Of a stretch of 64,000 bases of DNA, positions 1 to 10,604 are shown piece after piece (position 1 is the first letter of the stretch; each line of letters starts with the position of its first letter). This stretch comes from Raillietiella orientalis (Eukaryota): the NCBI GenBank assembly GCA_036172245.1, contig JAYWIR010000028.1, positions 1,922,001-1,986,000 on the forward strand, given 5' to 3'. The position numbers and the translations under genes are program-made. The notes under the pieces were generated by a model, which did no database searches, had not been told where the DNA came from, and saw nothing but the letters and a program-made list of their open reading frames with translations.

Positions 1-1
1 T

Positions 2-268
2 GAGGCTGATAAAATGTATCAAACGGGTGGACCTGTCTGGTGGAAGGATTTGGTTGCATTTTGCAAGCAGGCCGTTTCGAGTATCTTCGATATTCGATGA
101 CCGCGCTCTGATTGGATGGATTCTTAATTTCCGCAGGATAATGAGCGGTTGGTGTATGCAAGGAAGAATTTCAATATTTCAAAGAGTACAGAAGACTTTC
201 GGATGCCTCTACGCCAGGTGGACGCTCAGAAATGCATGGGAGGGAAGTCCAGGGATATCGATTCTTGA
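2..268 (+). CDS. Possible 3' end of an unidentified spliced gene running in from before the window
   Basis: An open frame from position 2 reads EADKMYQTGGPVWWKDLVAFCKQA. A putative short intron ends in a good branch point/acceptor (ttcttaatttccgcag, 136). A terminal exon 137-268 reads DNERLVYARKNFNISKSTEDFRMPLRQ...DIDS*, and AT-rich UTR-like sequence follows. The donor site is ambiguous and no family was recognised. Confidence 0.3.
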
Positions 269-1360
269 AAAACGTGCTCCACCCAAGAAGCACAGTCCAC
301 TCATATCTTTGATACCATATGTTTGAAACGAATCTTCCCGCTATGATGGATTGCGATTCCGAAGGAAATCCGGTGAGTTGATTATTTATGTACTCAGAAT
401 CGATGCTAGAATTTCTCGGCTTCCTTCCTACGCATATGTATACACTTTTCTTTGTACTCTTTTACTGTAAAGAAAAAAAATATATCATGTTCCTGAAATT
501 TATCGATTGAATGGATAAACTCCGTCGGAGATGACGACCACTCGTCCACATTTTGCCGTAGGGGAACGAGCCAGCTGAATTGGTTGGCATGAGGTAGCTG
601 AGCAGGGGGATCATGGTGTAGAACAGATTTCGAATTCTCGATGAGGACTTTTGGTATGATGCCGCCGTTTTCCCTTGCTCGGATCCGAGGGGGGCTGTTT
701 CCTGGGTTTTCCCTTAGGAGGGAATCGTGGAGACGGAAATGCGCGATCTGGGAAAGGAGCCACTCCTTGGGTTTCCATTGAATTTTTTTTCCCCCATGGC
801 CGCGATGCGGAGATCAAAAATGCCGGACCCAAACCAAAGGAATCAGTCCGACGCGCACCAAAGGAACGGGAGCGATGGCGAAACATCCTTAGCAAGGCAG
901 ATCGATTCAGGGAGGATCTCACTGTCGGCGAGTTGCGATGGTCGTATGACGTGGATGACCCCACGAAAACCTTCAGATTTCGGGGCGCACCAGAAAGGCA
1001 AGAATCAACACCCCGTTCGTGAGACGGCGTTTCCATTCCCGCCAAGAAACGATCCTTGATCGGGAATCGTCGGGAGTCGAGACTTCTCACAGGAGCTCAT
1101 CACCTGTGTTCAGTCGCATCCGGCACACTGGATAGGGACATGCCGCCACCGGTTGACCTAGGGGGGCTGAACTCACTGGCTTCCCTTCGCTATCCAATGC
1201 CATCCGACGGAATCCCCGCTTACCCATCCTCCTTTCGCGCCTGCACAACCAGGAGCGACGCAGCAACCTCTTAACTGAACTATCGGAATAAACGTCCGTT
1301 GAGAAATCTCTTTTTCAGCTCCCGTCTCGGGCAATCCTTCCGAGGTGTCCGTCGTTCCTT

Positions 1361-1660
1361 GCCAGCGTTGGGGGCCGTGTGGCTACGGCGGTCTCCGCGT
1401 GTGGCGCCAAGCGTCGTGGGTTCGAATCCCCACGAGGAGGGCGGACGCCGAGAAATGGGGGTTGCGTCGTGGGCTTCGAGTCTCCTCTGCATTGGTGTAA
1501 ACCAGATGTCCCCATTGACCGCTGGGATCGGAAGTTGACTCGTTGACCCTCCCCAGGTCAACTTTCAATCCTAAGCGGTTATAAGGATCCCATGGGGTCC
1601 TTCCAGGAGCCAAGGTGCCGGTACCCTTCGGAGTTCTCTTCAGAGTAGGAAACCAGTAGC
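1361..1660 (+). mobile_element. tRNA-derived SINE, copy A (internally deleted/rearranged)
   Basis: Head GCCAGCGTTGG...GGTCTCCGCGTGTGGCG...GGGTTCGAATCCC (B-box), the shared GACGC..GCGTCGTGGGYTTCGAGT motif and TTGACC..GGGATCGGAAGTTGAC all align by eye with the other copies. The tail is similar as far as ...TTCGGAGTTCTCTTCAGAGTAGGAAAC. Confidence 0.85.
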
Positions 1661-2344
1661 GGATCCTTCCCAGGGATCTCCTCCGGAGAGAACAAGGAAG
1701 TGGTTCCCTTCGGTTCCCAAGAGTGAGAGGAACGGATTCCTTCCTCTGGAGTCTTCCTGGAGTGGTTCCTGCGAAATGACCCCCTAACTTGAAGAGTTAA
1801 TCCTTCGATGGTGTGGAAGAATCTTAAAGAGTTTCTCGGGTCCCCCCTACGGAGGTGAATGGTTCTTTAGCACTTGGCAAACCAAGAAAAAGAGAACCCG
1901 AACAAAATAAAGAATCTGGAAGGGAGGCAGCGGAACTGCTTCATCACGCTACGAAGACGGCCTTAGGGTGTCAGGGCTTGAGCGTCTCGATTATCTTTTC
2001 TTCTTGCTATGAAGGAAAGATGGTTGAGCTAGTCAAAAAAACTTGAGAGCTCTTCAGGATGTCTTCTTTCTATAATTAGAAAAAGTTTAGGAGAACTTCA
2101 GGATGTCTCCTTTCTATGAAGTTTCTTCGTCTGTTCAGGGAATACGCGTGAGTATCGGAAGTGTCTCGAGACGAAGAGTGGAGCTCACGTCTCCCGAAGG
2201 AAAGTTTGGGACAAGACAGCAGATGCATCCAAGGAAACCGAATTGTTTTCTGATTACGGAAATAAGATATCCTGAAGACCTCTAAATGAGCCTCCACGCC
2301 GCCAGCGAAGTGTTTTCGGAACTTTGAGGGAGATCATGGCTGAG

Positions 2345-2505
2345 GAAGAACTCGGAAATCGGTTCCCCTTGACCACCAAGGACGGAGGAAGATTCCAAGC
2401 AGCAGAGCGTGCATCTGCAAAGGACTTGACACCTTATCTCTTTGGAGACGTTCTCTCTTGGAGAAGCGAAGGAAAGTGGCTACGAGAGGGAGCAGCACCT
2501 TTTAG
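2345..2505 (-). mobile_element. Possible degraded fragment of the SINE tail
   Basis: The reverse complement shares GCTGCTCCCT and TCCTTTGCAGAT, in the same order, with the tail of copy C (5650-5750). It is otherwise diverged. Confidence 0.35.
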
Positions 2506-4299
2506 GGGCCAGGAAAGGACCGTTTCTGAACGGACAAAAAATACACAGTCCCAAATGAAAGGCTTCCAGGATAGGATGGGGATGAGAAAAAAATGTGGGC
2601 GCAGTGTTGGACCATGGAACAAACAGGAAAATCACATGGCGGGAAGGGTTTGATGCCCGAATCGCCTGGAAGTGGGCTCAAAGGGTATGGCATTTACCTG
2701 CTCACTTGTTTAGGCTCGTGGCACTTCTTGCCCGTTGCTGTGCTTTTCATAAACGATGAGAATGAAAGGATGCGGAAAACCTCACCGGGAGGGCAAATCC
2801 TCCAAAGCGGCAAGAGTAGGAGCAAAGGTTACCTTTCAGACTGCACTCTAAATGATTTCCGGGAACGAATAGGAGGGGAGCTCATGCAAAAGGAGCGCTG
2901 ACAAGGCGGCACGGAACGAACAGAGTCGGTGCACAGCTGTCCATCGACCTGACTTCCCGATGTTTCCGGAAAGAAAGAACAGATGCACTCTGCTGCCCAC
3001 ATCTCATGAAAAATTGCACGCGACCGCGCTTTCAAAGCAGATGTTTTCGTCTCAGAAAGCAAGAGATGCATAAAACGATGCGGATTGCCTGGAAGCGTGA
3101 TGCAGGAACATGGATGGTGCAATTCCGACCAGATAATTAAACATTGAGCCAGCAGCATCCGTGCCCGAACTGATCCATCGACGGCAAGCACGTGCTCGCT
3201 TGCTAGCAAGCAATTTTTCCTCCGGGCAGCGCAGATGAGAACGGGAACGAGGAGGCACGGGTAAAGTCGAAGGTAAAGAAGCGGGAGAATTTATTCGCTT
3301 TTCCCGATCCCTGAGAGGAGCACTTCGTGAAGTCCAGACATCAGGGCAGGAATTCGAAAGCATCTACGGAGTCACGCGACGGCGTATTAAACGGCTTCTC
3401 CTGACGATTTTCTTATGACAGATGCGAAGTTGTGAGCAAAATATGCCCGCATGATCCGACGGAAAGGAACCATGAGTGATGAAAGAAGGCGAGCCACCGA
3501 GAGGATGCGTGCGTGCTCTCGAAGATCTCTACGATTTTCCTGCGTCCCATTCCATCCGTGGTTTGGATTTTTTGCTGTCGTTCGCGGCGGAAGTTCCTGC
3601 TAAGACTCTGCCGCGAACTCGGCATCCGTTCCAAACTCGTTTCGTTGCCCGCTGATGCGCTGATGATGCTGGACGTGACTCCAGCAGCCTTCGTGACTCC
3701 TCCACGAGGTCCAAACAGCATCGTGCCCTTTGACTTGTTCTCTCTTCACCTTCCAAGTCCAAACCTCACCCGAGTCCGAATGTCGCCCGTCTCTTTCTGC
3801 GCTCAGACTGCTACTCCATAGAAAACAACAACCGGGTGACTTCCTTCATCCGAGTTGTCCAGACTGCTTCGATAACGATGTGACGGCCCCCAATAGGCCA
3901 TTCGTGATGACTCATTGGAAGAGTTTCCCAGACAAAGACACCTGATACTGTTGCCAACTTCGAGGGTGACGTGATATGTTGCTGCAGAGTGGCAGAACAA
4001 ACTGATTCGACTTTGGGGACACCTGGTATTCTTCTTGTCTGCGAGTCTTATTGCTGCCATGCTGGGGTCTCCGAATCGGGGCAGCTGGTTTGATCTTCGT
4101 GACATTGGTGGACGAATTTCTGCCGTCCATCGATATCGCGAATGGGACGACGCGCCCCAGTGAGCCCACACTGCTAGAACTGGGGTCCTCCTGGATTGAG
4201 TCCTTTCCTCTTTCAGGGATAGTTCTGCAGATTGAAGGGTTCCGGAAATATAGCGGGGAAAACACCATACAGAGCTTCTGATCCCGTGCAGAGTTTCCT

Positions 4300-4590
4300 G
4301 CAGTAAGGGCACCTCTAAGAGAGAAAAAGGGCTCCTCTATAGGAGGAAGGAAACGAAAACTCTTCCTCGGTGGGACGAGGGAGCTTGGACCAAAGCGAGC
4401 ACAGCAGTTTCTAGAGGTCATGCGCACGCTTTCGGAAGGTTTTTAGTTCCCTTTACTCCTCTCTGGAGCTGGACTCCTTGATGCCTGGAAGGACCCCGGA
4501 GGGTCAACTTCCAATTCCGGCTGGTCAAGTGAGACATCTGGTTTCTGCTTCCACCACTGCCACACCCGAAGCCTACAGGCCAACCAGCGC
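4300..4590 (-). mobile_element. SINE copy B (5'-truncated, lacks tRNA head)
   Basis: The reverse complement reads ...GCTGGTTGGCCTGTAGGCTTCGGGTGTGGCAGTGGTGGAAGC...ATGTCTCACTTGACCAGCCGGAATTGGAAGTTGACCCTCCGGGGTCCTTCCAGGCATCAAGGAGTCC, matching 5423-5540. The left boundary is approximate. Confidence 0.8.
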
Positions 4591-5286
4591 CTTCTCCAGA
4601 GCTTTGAACTGTAACTGAAAGACAGCATCGGCATATTTTCTCTTTCCAAAGAGCGGGCAAGGAAGAGAGAATGGGGTGGGAACACAGGAAGGAAACCTCT
4701 TAAACTCCTGTGGAGAGAAAATGACCGTCCTTCGCGATGGACCACCCGCTGCTGCCGTTGTGCTCCCTCAGGACCTCGGCCTCGAAGCAGAAGGGGCTCC
4801 TACGTTGGAATCAAACTAAAAGGAGTTTCCCGCCTAGAAAACTCAAGGGAACAGAAGGCACGGGAATGCGCTGTTCGGGTGGCGCATCAATCGAGTGCTC
4901 ACCGCACTTCCGAACTGAAGAGCGGAGCGTCCAGGTTCTCAGCTCCTTCTCTTCGCTTCAGAGCGAAAGGTGGAAACCAACTTTTCCAGGGAGAACTGCG
5001 GATGCAGCCACTCGGCTGGGAGGTCGGTCAGGACTTGTGGCTTCCCCTCTGCTCCATACAGGTGCAGCGCAAAAGAGAGTCCATCAGGGAAAGCAGCAAA
5101 GCGCCTCTTGCGCGGAAGAAATTGGAACCCTGGAGCGGAGAGATCCAGTTCCGTTTTCGCACCAGTTTGATTAAGCTTCCTCGGCATCAAATCCTGCAGC
5201 CACCCTCGCGCGGCCACCCCCGTACGCCCACGGTAGCGTCCTCTTGCCCCATGCGAGGAATCGCTGTGCCTTGGAAAGGATACGTA

Positions 5287-5830
5287 GGCCACGTTGGCAG
5301 CCGTCGTTGCGGCGGTCTCCGCCCGTGGCACCGAGCGCTGCGGGTTTGAATCCCCCCAGGGGAAGGATAGACGCAGAGAGATGGGGGTGCGTCGTGGGTT
5401 TCGAGTCTTCCCCGCAGGACGACGCTGGTTGCCCTGTAGGCTTCGAGTGTGCAGCACTGGTGGAATCCGAATGTCTCCCTTGACCGGCCGGGATTGGAAG
5501 TTGACCCCCCGGGATCTATCCGGGAATCAAGGAGTCCTTCAAGGTTCCCTTCCGGTTGTGCGAATGGAACTGTCCCCACTCCCTCGGATGGAGGCCCTCC
5601 ATCGCGTACAATGGAGCTGGTTAATGCCTCTCTAGAGCGCAAGAAGTGCGCTGCTCCCTTCGGGGAGCGGCCCTTCAGAGAAATTGGGAAGCGTCCTTTC
5701 GAGGTTCTCTTCAGGGGAGGAGGAAACAAGGAGCGGTTCCTTTGCAGATACCCTCTGGAGAAGAAACGAGGAGTGATGGCCCCCTCCAGGGGTTCCTCCG
5801 GAGAGTATAAGAAAGAGGTCCCCTTCGGAG
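5287..5830 (+). mobile_element. tRNA-derived SINE, copy C (near full length)
   Basis: tRNA-like head with A-box-like TTGGCAGCCGTCG and B-box GGTTTGAATCC, followed by the conserved core. Its ~300 bp tail is colinear with the reverse complement of 52700-52990 (GAATGGAACTGT, GCTGCTCCCTTCGG, GGTTCTCTTCA..GGAGGAAACA). Confidence 0.9.
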
Positions 5831-7476
5831 ACAACCAGGGCAATGATTCCTTTCGGGGTTCCCTCCCAAGCGTAAGAGGAAAAGCTCCATCCTTGGATCC
5901 TTCCTGGATTCACAGAATTGTCCCTCCGGAGTTTTGTGTCCCCCCCCCCTTCCCCTTTTTCCTATGGTGGCAAACGGCTATTCAGCACCGTCCACGGAAA
6001 GAAGGAAAAGAGAAGAATTTAAGAGGATTTCCATCAACCTGTCCCTGTTCCGTCTTGTCTTGTCCTGCTCTTCCCCGTGGTCATTTCTTGCTCTCGCTGG
6101 TCGACTGCAGAGGAAGGCGCTGCCGTTCTTTCAAGCTTCTTCAGCCTGTGTCACCGTTCGCCTCTTCCGTCGAAGAGGAATTTTCCTGCATGTCGCTGAA
6201 CGTTTCTTCGGATATTGAGGAATAGTGCCGCGCTCCCTTCCGCTTCCGTTCTTCTTCCGTGGTCCTTCCATGCTTGTGCAAGTCCTGTGGAGCTCACAGA
6301 AGGTCCGCTCCCTAGCATCGGTGGGATCTCACGAAGGATCCGGGATCGCGGTGAGACTAAAAGAGAGATGCAAACCTCTGCGCGCGCTCTGATCTTCATC
6401 AGGAGGAGCTGGGAGTCCCTGGAGACCGGATGCGATCTCCCATTGTTAGGAGTGCAACGTCTGCAGCAGGTAGGGGATCTTGCGGCGCTACTGACTCGCA
6501 GGTCGATGTGCCGGGCAAAGATGCGCCGCTGCATCCGAACGTTCACGCACGTTGAAGGAAGGGAGGGAAGGGGGAGAGGGAAGAAAACTTCGAGGAACTC
6601 TGGAAGCGGAAGCCGAAGGTTTTCTCTTCGTGGGCACCTCTGACTGGGCTTCCCGTTTCGAGCATCTTAGCATCTGATGAGAATCCCGCCGGGGGGGGGG
6701 GGGGGCGCTTGTCCAGGATGCGTTCTTGTAGCAGCGCTCGGAGCCCCTTCAGCGGGAGCACCCCTCCATCGTGCCGCGTCCGGAGACTTTTCAAGGACGC
6801 CAGGAAACCCTGGCGCATCAGCAGCCAGCAGGAGAAACCGAGAGGCCCCAAGCGGAAAGGACGGAAGGGTCGGCGGAGGGACGCCGATGCTGCGTCTCCC
6901 TGAACGAAGAGCCTCGCTCGCGCACCTGCTCGCTGGAAGTGCGGAAGGGATGGGGGAAGGGATCGAAATACCCTGGGGCAAGAAACCCTGGGAATGCCTC
7001 GCCCGACACCGGAGGCACGAGAAACCCCTTTCGCTCCTCGCACGACCCAAGTCTCCGCTCCTCCCCCTCCGCCGAGAACCCCAAGGCGACCCCACACGTG
7101 CCCACGCCGAAGTGCGAGCTCCTCATTGGTTGTCTGAGCCGCTGAAAGAGCGTCGGTGGCGCAGGCGTCCCGGAGCTTCCAGGCACCACCGCGGAAGACA
7201 GGGCAGCAGTGGTCGGGCGCCCAGAGGAACAAAGGTCAGCCATGGGCTTGCATCCTGGAAGAAGTCGCCGCTCGCGCTAAGGGGAGACGCAGCTTGCGTC
7301 GGCCGGAGCAGCAAACGGGAGATCGACCTGAGGATCGGTGGCTCCGGGATTCCGGGACCAGGCCGGCAAGCTCCGAGGTTCCCGAGAGGGAAGGGTTGCG
7401 TCCCCTCCGAGGATGACGGCGCAGGCCGGGCTGGAAGGGCGTGCCATCTCCGGAATGGGGCGGACGCGACGCGAAC

Positions 7477-8132
7477 CTCGTCACTTCGTTCCCGACTGCC
7501 TCCGAGAAAGAAAGGGAGGGAACGCGATTTCCGGCACGGCAGGGTGGGGTTCATCACTGGAGCCGGGAACCCCAAGCGAGCTGGGGGAACGCTCTGAGAT
7601 CCATCGCCGCAGGGAAAAACAAAGTCCCATGCCTCGCGCTAGGGGTAGCTGGGGGAGGGGGGAGAACCGTTTCCAGGAGTGCTCCTCTGACTTCTCCTGG
7701 TAGGCAAGGGATCGAAGGGGTCCGTCTGTCTCCGGGCCGACGCCGAGTATGCCGAGCAGGGCTCGGGAGTGGACGAGTCCATCGGCCCTGCCGTGAAGCG
7801 GGGGAAAGGAGGGGAGAGGGCGTGGCCGTTCCCGATGTTGGAACCCTGCGGAGTGGATCGATAGATCGTCCCGTAGGGAGGGAATGCTCCTGCGGAGGAG
7901 GTCTCACGAGAGAACGGTAGGGAAGAGGATAGAACTTCCCCTTCCCTCAGCTACCCCGAGCGAGGCATGGGGCTTTCTTTTGTCCTTCGGCTATGGATCT
8001 CAGCGCATTCCCTCCGCTCGTTGAGCTCCTGGCTCCAAAGAGAACCTCGCCCTTCCGTTTCTGGAAAGGCTCCTCGAGGGTAGGGAAGGGAGGGAAGGTG
8101 TGCCCGGGCCATGGAGTTCACGAAGTCACGAG
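7477..8132. repeat. Long imperfect inverted repeat (fold-back / MITE-like), arms ~7528-7662 and ~7937-8067
   Basis: Left arm: GGAGCCGGGAACCCCAAGCGAGCTGGGGGAACGCTCTGAGATCCATCGCCGCAGGGAAAAACAAAGTCCCATGCCTCGCGCTAGGGGTAGCTGGGGGAGGGG. Reverse complement of right arm: GGAGCCAGGAGCTCAACGAGCGGAGGGAATGCGCTGAGATCCATAGCCGAAGGACAAAAGAAAGCCCCATGCCTCGCTCGGGGTAGCTGAGGGAAGGGG. An outer patch also pairs (7477-7489 vs 8120-8132). Confidence 0.85.
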
Positions 8133-9167
8133 ATCCCATCGAAAGGGCTGCTGCTGGGTCGAAGACCGGCGGCCTCTCAGCTTTCCCCCCAGAGGCGTGG
8201 CACGTGAGGAGATTCCCGTAGGCGAGTCATGGCGAAGCTGCCGCGCTAGGTCTTTTCCCGGACTTCCGGAAAATCGCTTTCCCTCCGCGCCCCTTTCCTC
8301 CTCTCACTTACCTTTCCCAGTCCAGAGGACACCGAGACGAGCGCCGGCTCGACCGAGGTGCTCTCAAGCCGGGAAACTGTGTGGTTCGGAAGCTCGGGGG
8401 CAGGTCAGGGTTGGTCAAGCCCCACGCCTTTTCGAGGTAGCCGTCTCTTTTTCCTTTCTCCTTCTTCCCCCACCCTTTTCACCTCGTTCTGACCTCGGTC
8501 CATTTCACGTGATCATCGACTCGCGGGGACTTCGAGCGTTTTTTTTTTATTTATTCTTCCGCGCTGCAGATTCACGCATCGCCCATATCCGACCTTTCCT
8601 GGGAGGGCGTGAGGTCTGGCTGCAGAAAGGGGTGTTGCCGTCGGCACATGAGCATTTCTCAGGGGAAATGTCCTCATCGGTACTAGCCTTCACCTTCCCG
8701 CATAGAATCACCCCCCTTCATACGAACACCGAGTCTCATCCGGGAGCTTTGTCACCAGGGAAACGCGCTCCACACGTGCCCGCGGAAGCGCCTCCAGTCG
8801 GAGATGGAAACGCTCCCTCTCCGATTCACGGCAACGAGATCCGCAGGGTCACTCCCTCCCCAGGCAGGAGGTTCTTCGCCTTCGCGCTTCGGTTCTGAAG
8901 TTCGAACCCACGCCTGGTCTTCTCGAGGCATGTTGGGCACGCTTCCCCGAGACTTCTCTCCTTCGGGCTCACCGATGGCGCCGGGAGAGGGCCTTCCTCC
9001 TCTCTCGAACCCGGAATCTGAGGCGTCGGACGAAAACCGACGCGTGGACTGAGCTGCTGGAGGCATCTCCGTAGGCCTGCCAGGCCGCAGCAGCGGGCGC
9101 CTTCACCCTTGATGATCGCAGTGAACTCTGAGTTGCCACTGACTACGGAGCAGAACTCAAGGAGCCT

Positions 9168-9400
9168 GCCCTCGTCGCGGCCGTGTGGTTACGGCGGTCT
9201 CCGCGTGTGGCGTACTGAGCGTCGCGGGTTCGAAGCCCGCCCGGGGAAGGATCGACACCGATAATGGGGGTGCGTCGTGAGTTTGCAGTCCCTCCCCCCT
9301 TCCCGGCAGGATGACTCTGGTTGACCTGCAGGCCTCGGGTGTGGCACTGGTGGAAGCCAGATGCCCCCCTTGACCGGCCAGGATTGGAAGTTGAACCCTC
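9168..9400 (+). mobile_element. tRNA-derived SINE, copy D (head + core, no tail)
   Basis: GCCCTCGTCGCGGCCGTGTGGTTACGGCGGTCTCCGCGTGTGGCG...GCGGGTTCGAAGCCCGC...TTGACCGGCCAGGATTGGAAGTTGAACCCTC, colinear with copies A and C. Confidence 0.88.
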
Positions 9401-10571
9401 AGCAGGCCGCGTGACTGCGACATTTGGCAAAAGATCTGGCGGAAGACTCTGAACAAAAAGGCTCGTCGGGGTACGTTGGAGGACCCTAGAGCAGGAAAAG
9501 AGAATGCTCGGATCTCAGGAAGCTAGGGCTCGCTTCCCCTCTTCTTCTGCACGCAGGGCTCGCGTTGTCGAACGAGAGCGGGATCAGTCCTGAATTCCTG
9601 TCGGTGGTGAAGCTTCCATCCATCCCTGCATTAACCAGAGATGACAGAGATGGAGGATTCCGTGATGTGCGGCCATGGTGTGTTCATTTGAATCAAAGGT
9701 GAATGCGGGATGTTTGCTCCCGATTCTACTCTGAATGCCGCGAGCAACGGAGACGGCGCTTCCCACATCCACCATCCAAATCCTCTGTCCTGCATCCCCA
9801 GCTCAATGCCGAACGCCGCCGTAGGAAGTACTAGGAGACCAGCAGCTCTCGTCGAGTGATCCTACAAGTTTCCTACCAGAAGATTTGCGGACCAAATGCC
9901 GCCTGTGAAATTTTCGCTAGGTCATATCATCTTCTCCGGAGCGTGGATCTTCCCTTCCGGGTTTCCAGTTTTCCTTCTTCAGTGGATTGCTTTGCTTTCC
10001 ACTCGGAGGGATTTCAGACTTCAGTGTGCTCCAGATGTGGACGCACTCTGCAAGTCAAGTGTGTCAACCTGAGGTCAGTACAGAGGTTGCGGGCCGTTCT
10101 TGAAAATTCCTTCTGATTCCCACGTCTACTTATTTGCTTTCCCGACCCGCCGTAAAGACCCTCGTGTTTTCCTTGGGGTTTCTTTCGATCTGATTGAAAA
10201 CCAGCTGAGGTGACGTTGCCCTTCCGAAGAGCCTTAGCGCCCGTCGTGGATTGAATTTCATCCTCCAGTCGAGGGGAAAGAAGCGTCACGTCGTCGCTGC
10301 CAAAAGGCTCGAAATGGCGGTATAAATTCGAGCCCAGTCTCAGTTCATCTCAAGGAAGGAAAAGATGGACGGTGAGGCAGTTTGTCCCTGGTGTTTCTCA
10401 TACGGAAGGGTCGAAGATTCAACAGGGACAGAAAGCAGCAGATGCCCATCAGGGTTTATTCTCGCGTTCTATCCTCCGAGCTTGCTAAAATGGTGTGAAG
10501 ACGTTTGAGCATTCGCAGATTGCGAAGTAACTTTGCTCTTCGATGGCTGCTTTAGAATTACTAATGAACCG

Positions 10572-10604
<33 letters not shown>

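Noticed and set aside
1361..1435. Apparent tRNA gene (GGTTCGAATCC), also at the other SINE heads
   Set aside because: There is no complete cloverleaf or acceptor stem, and each instance continues into the same repeat body, so these are SINE heads.
5187..6225. ORFs with similarity to ORFs at 52659-52996 (e.g. AAPFGE.P...F.VLF.GG)
   Set aside because: The similarity comes from the shared non-coding SINE tail. Reading frames are not conserved between copies.
6677..8898. 306-aa and 301-aa plus-strand ORFs
   Set aside because: They run through a poly-G tract and the inverted-repeat arms, with low-complexity translation and no motifs.
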